A program made the position numbers and the translations under genes. A model generated the notes under the pieces. The model saw only the letters and a list, made by a program, of their open reading frames with translations, was not told where the DNA came from and searched no databases. Of a stretch of DNA of 64,000 nt, positions 36,953 through 45,676 are shown piece by piece. The stretch's first letter is position 1, and each line of letters starts with the position of its first letter. This stretch comes from a virus (taxonomy: Duplodnaviria; Caudoviricetes). The stretch lies in the IMG/VR virus record IMGVR_UViG_3300025601_000007; one strand, given 5' to 3'.

Positions 36953-37105
36953 ACGCTGTGTTTTAATAAATTACTGTATTAGTGTCCAATATACGTGGAC
37001 AAAGTGAAAAGGTTTCATTATAAGCAAAAACACTGCTTTTGTTTTTAATCACAATCATCTCTATTTATGGTAACCTATTCAGGGGCTTAACGTACATTAT
37101 AGTAA

Positions 37106-38596
37106 TTGAAAGAGAGCAAGATAAATAAAGCTTATAAGAATTTCCGCGACGCAGGACGTGCTGCATTGGATGTGTTAAAAAACGAAGGACCAGAAACAGT
37201 ACACGCTGTTAAATTGCTGTTGAAGCTGGGAGTAGGAAAAAAACTAGAGAAAAGTGAAATGCAGTTTCTAAAAGCGCAGTCTGTTGATATAGGGAAAATG
37301 GTTGCGTTATTTGGTTTGTTTATTATCCCAGGCGGGTCGTTAATTACTTTAATCGCTGCTGAGGGTCTAAAAAAAATAGGAATCAACCCTTACCCTTCAA
37401 ACCAATCACATTTAAGAGAAAACGAAATGATTAGGAAGCAAATACGTAAGATACTAGCTGAACAAATGCTTGGGAAGCAGGAAATAAGGATGCCTTTTGA
37501 CATGTCAATCCCAGAGGACATTTGGGAGCTTAAAAAATACTTTGATGCAGCAGGTAAGAAGCTATATGTGGTCGGCGGTGCCGTGCGTGATGTTTTAACT
37601 GCTAAACAGATAAAGGATTACGATTTGGCGACTGATGCCACTCCAGAAGAGATGATTAAATTTATCCCAAAACACATCTATACAATATTAGAGGCTGGTA
37701 ATATTTTTCCTGTTGTTCACTTGGTTACTCCAGAAAATGGGAGATACGAGATTGCCACTTTCCGTGTTGATGTCGGAACGGACCACCGTAAACCAGAAAC
37801 TCAGTTCTCTACAATCGACCAGGACGTTAAACGTCGTGACTTGACAATGAATGCGTTGTTCTACGATTTAGACACAAAGGAAATTGTTGACCTGGTGGGC
37901 GGAATCGCTGATATCCAGGCTGGAAGGGTTCGGACAGTGGGAGACCCAACTCAAAGATTTGCCGAGAACCAGATAAGAAAGCTTCGAGCATTAAGATTCA
38001 CAGCTAGAATTGGAAGCAAACTGGACCAGAGCATTCAAGACTCTTTGCTTGCCAACCCTTCTTTGGATGAGGAGGCTCCTGAGGCTATTATGGCAGAGGT
38101 GTTAAAAGGTATTGAGCAAGCTAAAAGTGTAAAGCACTTTATGAGCATGGTATTCAAATTTGGTTTAGACAAGTTTGTTTTTAAGGGGATTAAGACAAAC
38201 CCAAGAGGAATTATTGAGGAAAGGGACCCGACTTTGCTGTATGCTTCTCTCTTTAGAAACTCAGACCCAGGAAAATTGAGAGATGCGATTAAATCAAGGT
38301 TGAAATATTCTGATGACTTTGCAAAGCGCGTTATGTTTTTTGTAAAATTTATAGACTTTGAGCCAGGAAGAATTATGGAGTTCTACAAGCTTAATCAAGC
38401 TACAGCACATGTGTCTGAGGAAGATTTGGTGAGAGCAGGGGAGATTCTTGGATACGATAGCAAAATGGTTTCGGCGTTCTTTGAGTTCGCCCCAATTGCT
38501 GACGCAGATGAGCTGATGGCTCAAGGCTTTAAAGGCCAGGAGCTAGGGAAAGCAATGAAGGCGGTTGAGGTGAAACACTTCCTAAACCTATTATAG
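37106..38596 (+). CDS. cca: CCA-adding tRNA nucleotidyltransferase with N-terminal LETM1-like hydrophobic module
   Basis: YVVGGAVRD, DYDLATDA, EIATFR, RRDLTMNA, DLVGGIADI, ENQIRKLRALRF; N-terminal ~105 aa with D.GK.V..F..FIIPGGS. Confidence 0.88.
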   Translation: MKESKINKAYKNFRDAGRAALDVLKNEGPETVHAVKLLLKLGVGKKLEKSEMQFLKAQSVDIGKMVALFGLFIIPGGSLITLIAAEGLKKIGINPYPSNQSHLRENEMIRKQIRKILAEQMLGKQEIRMPFDMSIPEDIWELKKYFDAAGKKLYVVGGAVRDVLTAKQIKDYDLATDATPEEMIKFIPKHIYTILEAGNIFPVVHLVTPENGRYEIATFRVDVGTDHRKPETQFSTIDQDVKRRDLTMNALFYDLDTKEIVDLVGGIADIQAGRVRTVGDPTQRFAENQIRKLRALRFTARIGSKLDQSIQDSLLANPSLDEEAPEAIMAEVLKGIEQAKSVKHFMSMVFKFGLDKFVFKGIKTNPRGIIEERDPTLLYASLFRNSDPGKLRDAIKSRLKYSDDFAKRVMFFVKFIDFEPGRIMEFYKLNQATAHVSEEDLVRAGEILGYDSKMVSAFFEFAPIADADELMAQGFKGQELGKAMKAVEVKHFLNLL

Positions 38597-38647
38597 TGTT
38601 GGTTGTGAAACAAGCAAATTGTTTTCTATTTATAAGAAACACTTAAC

Positions 38648-38929
38648 ATGTACGCAACCAATGCTTTTGCTATCAGAAAAATCGTTCGTGAGATACTTAT
38701 AGAAAAGCATTTTTATGAAGGATTTGGCTTCGACCACAACATTGATGGGAAAAATGTTCCTGATTTAGAATCGTGGATGCTAAACGTTACTGATAAGCTG
38801 CGCTCAGCCACAGATATCTATAAAGACATCCAGGCGAGTGTTGAGCAGAGAGGTGCATTGGTTAAAAGTCATCAAAATTCGTCACAAACACTGGAGTCCC
38901 CTCCGACAACCCCAGGCCTAGAGTGTTAA
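38648..38929 (+). CDS. hypothetical late protein (IRKIVREILIE)
   Basis: CTATTTAT at 38626; overlaps convergent gene. Confidence 0.6.
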   Translation: MYATNAFAIRKIVREILIEKHFYEGFGFDHNIDGKNVPDLESWMLNVTDKLRSATDIYKDIQASVEQRGALVKSHQNSSQTLESPPTTPGLEC

Positions 38930-39128
38930 AATAAAAGTAGTCTAAAGCGTCTTCTCGTGTCATCCCCTGGGACTTAAATATTTTTATTACTTTCTCTTTG
39001 TCGTATACTGCTTGAGTTTCTTGTCCAAACTGTTCTGCGTATCCTATTAGTGCGGCAGCTATATCTGGAAATATAACCATGTCTTCTCTTACATCGGTAA
39101 GGGCTTCCATTTTATCTTGTTCTGTCAT
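38862..39128 (-). CDS. conserved phage hypothetical protein
   Basis: A.IG......AVYD..K.I......GM..EDA.DYF.FN..G..L...TP.FV. Confidence 0.75.
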   Translation of the reverse strand: MTEQDKMEALTDVREDMVIFPDIAAALIGYAEQFGQETQAVYDKEKVIKIFKSQGMTREDALDYFYFNTLGLGLSEGTPVFVTNFDDF

Positions 39129-39243
39129 CCTGCTTCGTTAGTTGTATCGTCGTAAATATACAACCTATTTCCAAATGACTAGCATTTGTTAAAAACTTAC
39201 TTTTTCTTTCTATTTATTAGAGCATAAGCACAACAAAACGCCC

Positions 39244-39654
39244 ATGACTAAAGAAGAATTTAAGAGATATGTTCTAGCTGAAGCTAAGAAGCAATTAGCG
39301 AAAGAACAGAATTCTGCGCCTAATACACAGGTTATAAACGAAGGGGCTGATGGGGAATACATTGACTCGGATGCTATTTTTAAACTAGCTCAAGAGATGA
39401 AGTCTATCAACAAATCACTTGCAATGGATAATCCTTTGATTTATGAAGGGAACATTGTCGATGACATTGTTGGAAAAAGTGAAGTTCGTAAGCTCACCAC
39501 TCCAGTTGGAAGAGAATACAATATCGACTTGAAAGACAGTATTAGTGAGACAATGACGAATTACAATGACCAAAAGAAGGTTATCAACAAAGATTCTACG
39601 TCGGAAGACAAATGGAATCATCTTGTAAATTATAAAAGACTAGGAAAAGACTAA
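39244..39654 (+). CDS. putative head-associated protein
   Basis: CTATTTAT at 39210; multiple I/L-x-E sites. Confidence 0.7.
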   Translation: MTKEEFKRYVLAEAKKQLAKEQNSAPNTQVINEGADGEYIDSDAIFKLAQEMKSINKSLAMDNPLIYEGNIVDDIVGKSEVRKLTTPVGREYNIDLKDSISETMTNYNDQKKVINKDSTSEDKWNHLVNYKRLGKD

Positions 39655-39662
39655 ATACTTAT

Positions 39663-39703
39663 AAGCACAAAAAAAGGAGCGATTCGCTCCTTTTTTTGTG
39701 CTT
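39663..39703. terminator. perfect 19-bp-stem bidirectional hairpin
   Basis: aagcacaaaaaaaggagcg-att-cgctcctttttttgtgctt. Confidence 0.85.
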
Positions 39704-39727
39704 ATTTATTAAAAATGTTTCTGTAAA

Positions 39728-40042
39728 ATGAGTTATCAATCTATTCGAAACCTAGTCAACCAGGTTATAAAAGAGCATTTATCCCCAGACGTCGTAAAAG
39801 ACTTGGAAACTATTAATGGTAGCGTAGGAGAACTTTCAGAAGCTGAGTTAAACATTGCTAAGGAGGCTTTTTCTAATATCCCACATCTTCAGTCTGAGTC
39901 GGATGACCAATACGCCGATTTCCAAGGAAAAAATGTGCAATTAAATTCTCCATCAAAAGGGGAGCAGCGTGACTACATGGCGTATATCCAAAAAGAAGGA
40001 AAAACCGTTAAAGTTCATTTTGACGCGAAAAGTGTATCATAA
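39728..40042 (+). CDS. putative head-associated protein (IRNLVNQVIKE)
   Basis: TTATTTAT upstream. Confidence 0.7.
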   Translation: MSYQSIRNLVNQVIKEHLSPDVVKDLETINGSVGELSEAELNIAKEAFSNIPHLQSESDDQYADFQGKNVQLNSPSKGEQRDYMAYIQKEGKTVKVHFDAKSVS

Positions 40043-40144
40043 AAGAAACTAGTTAAAGAGATAATATCGGTTTATGCTAGTTTTTTGTGGTTATAATTTG
40101 GTTTACAGATTATAATTATACATATTTCCTTAAATTAACATTTA

Positions 40145-40696
40145 ATGGACGTTCAAATGACAGGCGCCTACAACTACCAGTTGGACAAGAGTAGTGGGGA
40201 CAAAGGAGAGAAGACGATTATTAAATTTCTAGAAAAGCAGTTTAATCTTAAATATGTTCGGAGCAGTGAGTTTAGAGAAGGGGAAACCCCTTCGGACTAT
40301 GATATGCTTTTCAAGGACATTTATGATAAAAATGTCACTTACGAAGTTAAAACTGACTTGTATTGCAAACCTGGCAGAGACACTGGGAACATTGCGATTG
40401 AGCACAGGAGAAAAGGGTATAAAGACGAAACTTTAATTGAAAAAACGGGCATTAGAAAATCTAAGTCTCACTACTACATTTATTATTTTTGGAATCTGAA
40501 TGAGCTCTGGATGATTAAGACCCCAGAACTGAGAAAACTTATTCGTAGCATGGTTAATAGTCGAGAGATTGGTGAACCAGGGTCCAAAAAACATAAATGG
40601 ATGGGCGATGGATTAAGGTCGCTTTCATATTTAATCCCTCGCGAGCAGCACAGGAATCATTTTTTAGTTTATAGCTTTAAGAGAGACGAATTATAA
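40145..40696 (+). CDS. PD-(D/E)XK nuclease-like protein
   Basis: YDMLF...YEVKTD...TGNIAIE. Confidence 0.7.
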   Translation: MDVQMTGAYNYQLDKSSGDKGEKTIIKFLEKQFNLKYVRSSEFREGETPSDYDMLFKDIYDKNVTYEVKTDLYCKPGRDTGNIAIEHRRKGYKDETLIEKTGIRKSKSHYYIYYFWNLNELWMIKTPELRKLIRSMVNSREIGEPGSKKHKWMGDGLRSLSYLIPREQHRNHFLVYSFKRDEL

Positions 40697-40710
40697 AATA
40701 AACAACCCTT

Positions 40711-41412
40711 ATGGCTCAAATTAGAGGTGTAGACTGTGGCTTGAACAACTGGGATGTTGACTTTCCTTTCGGAAAAGAAAGAGAAGCAATGACAGTCAAA
40801 TTTCTACAGCAGAAATTTGGGATGGCTTTTATTGACTATGAAGACTCTAAAACACACGATTTAGAAATGGTTGAGCCTAAGTTCGGCAGCACGCTGTGGA
40901 TTGAAGTGAAAAGAGACCGTTACGAATCTGGCAATATGGTTGTCGAATACTCAGGAAAGTGGGGCCCGTCTGGAATAAGTACAACTCTTTCTCATTTTTG
41001 GGTTCAATTCTTCGAAGACACACAGGAATATTGGATAATAGAAACAAATAAATTAAGAAGGCTTCTCAACAGTCAGCGACAGAAAAAGAACGTTTTTTGG
41101 AGAGGAAGAGGTGGAGACCACGGAGCTACCTGGATGTATTTCCTAAAGAGAGCTTGTTTTCATGGTCAATTTAAGATATATAAGAAGATTGACAGTGAAT
41201 TTATGAGAGTTTATTGGTCAACCCCTACAGGAGCAAAAGCGCAGACTATTTATCACAAAGAGCTTTTTTGTGAAAAATTATACTCAGAACGAAACCCCGC
41301 GCAACCTTACGCAATCTACCCGCCATTCATTAGGAGCCCAGAACTCAAAGGGTGCCGTAAGGTATTCGGCCCCAGCTCGCCTACGCAAGACTTTGGGAGA
41401 AGTAGAGATTGA
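40711..41412 (+). CDS. PD-(D/E)XK nuclease-like protein (paralogue)
   Basis: HDLEM...IEVKRD..SGNMVVE..SGISTT. Confidence 0.7.
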   Translation: MAQIRGVDCGLNNWDVDFPFGKEREAMTVKFLQQKFGMAFIDYEDSKTHDLEMVEPKFGSTLWIEVKRDRYESGNMVVEYSGKWGPSGISTTLSHFWVQFFEDTQEYWIIETNKLRRLLNSQRQKKNVFWRGRGGDHGATWMYFLKRACFHGQFKIYKKIDSEFMRVYWSTPTGAKAQTIYHKELFCEKLYSERNPAQPYAIYPPFIRSPELKGCRKVFGPSSPTQDFGRSRD

Positions 41413-42661
41413 CCAAGTAGAGTTTGATTCTGATGTCATTAAAGCAACTTTGTCCCCAAGCATGTGGGAGAGCGGAAAGCTTAAACCAGAAGTAAGAAAA
41501 AAACTTCTCAAAGCAGCAAAAGCATATTACGACTACTTAGACATTGAGCCAGTAAAGCTTAAAGATATTACAATCACAGGCTCAATGGCAAACTACAATT
41601 ACCACGACCTATCAGACATCGATGTCCATTTAATTCTAGATTATGCTGATGTCGATGATAATGTAGAGTTTGTAGGTGAGTTTTTCGCTGCCAAGAAAGC
41701 TTTTTGGGAAATCAAGCACGACATTAAAATAAAAGGACACGACCTAGAGTTTTATGCCCAGGACTCTGACCAAGAGCATCATTCTACTGGTGTTTTTTCA
41801 CTGGTCAAAAACGAATGGAATCTCAAGCCTAATCGTCAGGACTCTTTAAAGGTGGATGCGGAACAAGTTCGAAAAAAAGCTGCAGACATGATGACCAAGA
41901 TAGACCACATTGTCGACATGTCTCCTTCTCAGGTTCAGATTGAAACAATCAGAGCTATGAAGGAGAAGTTGAAAACACTGCGCCAGGCGGGACTCAATTC
42001 ATCGGCGCAGGAGTTTTCTGTAGAGAACATTGTGTTTAAGATACTTAGAAACACTGGCTATCTTCAAAAGTTGTCTGATGCCAAATTGTACGCGACAGAC
42101 TCTGAACTGTCTTTAGATGAGAAACGCACAAACGAACACGGTTTACCTGGGGAATTAAATCCAAGAATTGCGGATGCCGCAACCACCAGCACCAGCACGC
42201 AGTTTGGTGAGATTCCAGTTTCAACACGAGAAGGAGCAGAAGGTGGAAAAGACATAAACACTCTGATGGTCCAAGATGGTATCGAAGATATGTCTGATGA
42301 TAAAATCAACATAATTAAGGACTTTATCTCTTTTACCAGAGACAAGCTAGGGCTTAAGGCACCAGTTAAGGTTGGACTTAGAAAAGGAAGAGACGAGTAC
42401 ATTAAGACTACGGCATCGTATTTACCGTTTGAGAACGAGAACTACGTTCGTTGCGAAGGTAGAGCCCTTGTTGATATCCTTAGAAGCATAGGGCACGAGC
42501 TTACGCACAATAGACAACGAGAGATAGGCATATTTGACCCAGGCGATAATGTGCAAAACATTGGAGGCCATATTGAGGACCAAGCAAATTCTATTGCTGG
42601 AATCTTGATTAAAGACTTTGTCGATAATCATGGATACGAACACATTCACGAAATGTACTAA
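41270..42661 (+). CDS. Pol-beta nucleotidyltransferase fused to C-terminal HExxH metallopeptidase-like domain
   Basis: ITGSMANYNY..LSDIDVHL; SIGHELTH; CTATTTAT at 41246. Confidence 0.82.
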   Translation: MKNYTQNETPRNLTQSTRHSLGAQNSKGAVRYSAPARLRKTLGEVEIDQVEFDSDVIKATLSPSMWESGKLKPEVRKKLLKAAKAYYDYLDIEPVKLKDITITGSMANYNYHDLSDIDVHLILDYADVDDNVEFVGEFFAAKKAFWEIKHDIKIKGHDLEFYAQDSDQEHHSTGVFSLVKNEWNLKPNRQDSLKVDAEQVRKKAADMMTKIDHIVDMSPSQVQIETIRAMKEKLKTLRQAGLNSSAQEFSVENIVFKILRNTGYLQKLSDAKLYATDSELSLDEKRTNEHGLPGELNPRIADAATTSTSTQFGEIPVSTREGAEGGKDINTLMVQDGIEDMSDDKINIIKDFISFTRDKLGLKAPVKVGLRKGRDEYIKTTASYLPFENENYVRCEGRALVDILRSIGHELTHNRQREIGIFDPGDNVQNIGGHIEDQANSIAGILIKDFVDNHGYEHIHEMY

Positions 42662-42691
42662 GTTTTTTACTAAGTATTTAAAAAAACCACC

Positions 42692-42784
42692 ATGGCAGAA
42701 AAAGTAGAGGGGTTTAAAGTTGAGACTATTAAGAAGCGATGTTATCGGCTATTTATAGAAAAGCATCACTATGAAGTCATTTAA
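42692..42784 (+). pseudogene. 30-aa ORF resembling the N-terminus of Mom-like acetyltransferases
   Basis: FKVETI...Y..FIEKHHY; resemblance by eye only. Confidence 0.35.
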
Positions 42785-43211
42785 ACGTTTATTGCTAGCA
42801 CTCTTATTTACAATTGGGATTTTACTCGATTCTCATGCACAGCAGCAAGTTATTTTGACACCTCAGTGGCAGCAAATCGGGGAGAAGTGCACTGATTGTG
42901 GCTCTGCTTTCTTTATGATTTACAGAAGCCTTATTCCAAGTGCTTCGGGGCAATATGAGGCTTACGTATATGCCTGGAGCAACAGTTTTGATGGTTATGG
43001 AAATTCAGTAACCACATACATTAGTAGACCAATAATTTATGGAGTTGATGCTTATGGGAGAAAAATATTAAACCCTATAATCACGATGGAGTATCATTTA
43101 GCAAGCCCTGAGACACCTTCTTTTAATGGTTGGAGCCTAATGTTTTATCTATATAGCCCAAATCCTAATCAAAACTACCTTTTAGAATTTGATTATCTTG
43201 ACAATTATTAG
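42771..43211 (+). CDS. secreted hypothetical protein
   Basis: Signal peptide; CTATTTAT at 42749. Confidence 0.8.
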   Translation: MKSFKRLLLALLFTIGILLDSHAQQQVILTPQWQQIGEKCTDCGSAFFMIYRSLIPSASGQYEAYVYAWSNSFDGYGNSVTTYISRPIIYGVDAYGRKILNPIITMEYHLASPETPSFNGWSLMFYLYSPNPNQNYLLEFDYLDNY

Positions 43212-43272
43212 CACTTCAAAACCACAATGATTATAACTATATTTTTGAATACAAAACACTAGAACAACTATA

Positions 43273-43671
43273 ATGGCAGACAATGAAGGAGTGATAGGGA
43301 ATACAGCTCTAAGCGAAGACACAGTGGTAAAAACTAACGTGAAGACTTTGTTATGGGTTTCTATCGGGTTGTTTAGCTTGTTGATGTCAATGTTCACCGT
43401 TTTTTACTTTGACATGCGCTCCAGAGATGCTGCGACCAATGATAAAATGAAAGAGACTGCTGAGCTTCTAGAAGAAGAAGTTGAAGAAACTGTTTCTGAG
43501 AAGCTTGAAAAGTTTGAAGAAAGGCAACAAGCTATTAAAGACGATATTGGGACCATCAGGGGAGATATAAAAGTCATCCTGGATAGAACAAGAAGGTCAG
43601 GAAACAACGCTAGTACTTCTACTATAAATGATGCCACTCCCCCTCCTTCTAGCTCAGTTCCTCCTGGCTAA
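43273..43671 (+). CDS. single-TM coiled-coil protein (holin-like?)
   Basis: One TM then coiled coil. Confidence 0.65.
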   Translation: MADNEGVIGNTALSEDTVVKTNVKTLLWVSIGLFSLLMSMFTVFYFDMRSRDAATNDKMKETAELLEEEVEETVSEKLEKFEERQQAIKDDIGTIRGDIKVILDRTRRSGNNASTSTINDATPPPSSSVPPG

Positions 43672-45028
43672 TCGGGTGCTTCTGTGAAAAAATCTGTGAA
43701 TCTCTTTTTTTAAGGAAATCCACCACCTCTTGAATACTTGATACTTTGTGAGACATCTCTTTCCCTTTAGACCCTAGATACCAATATCCTTCTGCGTGTC
43801 CTGTGATATGAAACCCCTCCATGCCTACATTCATCGCTGGCTCAATATCTCTTGTATAAGAATCTCCAACCATCACATAGTGGTGAGCTGGATATCTGTG
43901 CTTTAGGTTTCGGTAGATTGTTTCATCTTTGAAATCATAAATCTCGAAGTCGTAATCCGATAGCCCCAAAGACGCAATCTTCTTAACCTGCTCCAAGCGT
44001 TCTCCCATCGTGTAGATAACAACCTTGCCGTGTTTGCTGAGTTCCTCAAGTTCTTTGATTCTTCCTGGAATTTCTGCGTACTGATGGTCGTAGACTCCAT
44101 TGCCTAGTTCCACAACTTCCAGACACAGATTTTCGTATTCGTCATCTGACATTGGGGTCATAAACTGTCTGAAGTCCCCAAGCACCATAAGCAGGCTTTT
44201 TGCAAAGCTGTTAAGGCTAAAGTGTGTGGTAAAATGAGCCCCATTGTGTTTGTTTACAAAATCAGAGAACATCACTCCCAACACTTTGTCTGGAATTGGT
44301 TCCGACAACTGACTTTTGATAAGAGCCTTCACGCTATTTGCTTGGATGGTGTAATACTCATTACACTTACAAATGGTATTATCGAGGTCAGTAAATATAA
44401 CCCTGTTTTCTTTGTTTTTTGAAACGATATTTCTGACAATGTCACGGCACTCTATTACCGCTTTTATCTCATCTCCAAAATCATTGAATATGGTGTAGGC
44501 AAATATTCTTCCTGAGTCCAGTTCAGTTTCAGAAGAGTGACCAGCTAGTATTGCTCGTTTTTCAGCATCTCCTCCAGATTCTCTGTCAAGGGCTTGCTTG
44601 TTTCTTTTTGGAGAAATAACGTTGATGTTTGTCCCTCCAAGATTTTCAATAAAATCAAACTCATTCTTGAAACGCATATCTGTGATAATGATTCTTTTTA
44701 TGCCTCTAAAAGCATGCATAATCATCCACTCTTTGGCATTGTTAATCCAGACGTCTTTCCCAAACACATCTCTCCCTTCTTCTGTTCCTACGGTTTGGAG
44801 TGTCCTTCTTGTTTTTTCGTCTTTCTTAATCCAGCACTTATTTCTGTCAAGGCCTTTTTTGTAAATCCCATCTATTTTTATTTGGTCGGCGAAGCATAGG
44901 AATACCGTTGGTTTTGGTTCAAGCATCTTGCTGAACACTTTTTCTGCCAAATAATTTTTACCGCTACCTAACTTTCCTGCGAAGCCGTATATTTCAACAC
45001 CGTTTAAAATTGTTTCGTCTAATTGCAT
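43649..45028 (-). CDS. deoxynucleoside-monophosphate kinase fused to HAD hydrolase
   Basis: GFAGKLGSGKN, RRTLQTVGTE.GR, ITDMRFKNE; FTDLDNT and VMVGDS..RDI. Confidence 0.85.
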   Translation of the reverse strand: MQLDETILNGVEIYGFAGKLGSGKNYLAEKVFSKMLEPKPTVFLCFADQIKIDGIYKKGLDRNKCWIKKDEKTRRTLQTVGTEEGRDVFGKDVWINNAKEWMIMHAFRGIKRIIITDMRFKNEFDFIENLGGTNINVISPKRNKQALDRESGGDAEKRAILAGHSSETELDSGRIFAYTIFNDFGDEIKAVIECRDIVRNIVSKNKENRVIFTDLDNTICKCNEYYTIQANSVKALIKSQLSEPIPDKVLGVMFSDFVNKHNGAHFTTHFSLNSFAKSLLMVLGDFRQFMTPMSDDEYENLCLEVVELGNGVYDHQYAEIPGRIKELEELSKHGKVVIYTMGERLEQVKKIASLGLSDYDFEIYDFKDETIYRNLKHRYPAHHYVMVGDSYTRDIEPAMNVGMEGFHITGHAEGYWYLGSKGKEMSHKVSSIQEVVDFLKKRDSQIFSQKHPISQEELS

Positions 45029-45089
45029 TGTTTTTTATATTTTACCATGGGTGTCCTTCAGAGAGTGGTTAAAATAACTCATTTTTCTG

Positions 45090-45593
45090 CTAGGACCATG
45101 TTTGATGTGGCTCTGATACGCTTTCAAATCCATCATAATCATCAACAATGTATACTGTGATTGGAATTTCGAGCACTTTTAGTTTAGCACAACTCCCAGA
45201 TGCTTTATCGGACCCAAGAGTCTCAACCATCTCCACAAGCAACTCGTCGTGTCTTTTTATTATTCTGAAATCATGATGCACTTTTTTGTGCTGTTCATTG
45301 CGAGCAGCTTTTTCTTCGGTGTTTGCAGCGCCCCAATCAAAACTCATAAACTTGTTGTACTCTTTAGCTGTCTTGATGGTGGTGGCATTCCATATAAAGC
45401 TGTCTTTTACTTTGTTTGTGGTCACTTTTTTATACTTCCGCTTTGCGTCCCCATAAGGAAGATAGTTCCCATCTTCATCTTCTAAGTTTTCGACATAAAA
45501 ATGGCAAGGAACACCTCGTTTTTCAGCCATCCATTTGACAGCTTCTGGTGAGAGGCTGAATCCTCCGTAACATGCGTTTATTACTACTTTCAT
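45090..45593 (-). CDS. conserved phage hypothetical protein
   Basis: KVVINACYGGFSLS...RHD..LV..VE.LG...YDG.E. Confidence 0.8.
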   Translation of the reverse strand: MKVVINACYGGFSLSPEAVKWMAEKRGVPCHFYVENLEDEDGNYLPYGDAKRKYKKVTTNKVKDSFIWNATTIKTAKEYNKFMSFDWGAANTEEKAARNEQHKKVHHDFRIIKRHDELLVEMVETLGSDKASGSCAKLKVLEIPITVYIVDDYDGFESVSEPHQTWS

Positions 45594-45676
45594 TGAAATA
45601 TATAAATTTGACTTGGTCGCAGATAAGGTTCAGAGCCATTTTCTTCTACATGTATGCAGCTTTATAATTGTGCTTT

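Larger units (their letters stand above)
11808..37096. promoter_or_regulatory. dispersed ECF-type promoters [T/C/A/G]G[A/T]AAC-N16-CGTA[T/C]A
   Basis: Minus strand at 11808-11835,14522-14549,18928-18955,21185-21212,22172-22199,28614-28641,31636-31663,34214-34241,34858-34885,36990-37017; plus strand at 37069-37096; all N16 and just upstream of gene starts. Confidence 0.75.
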
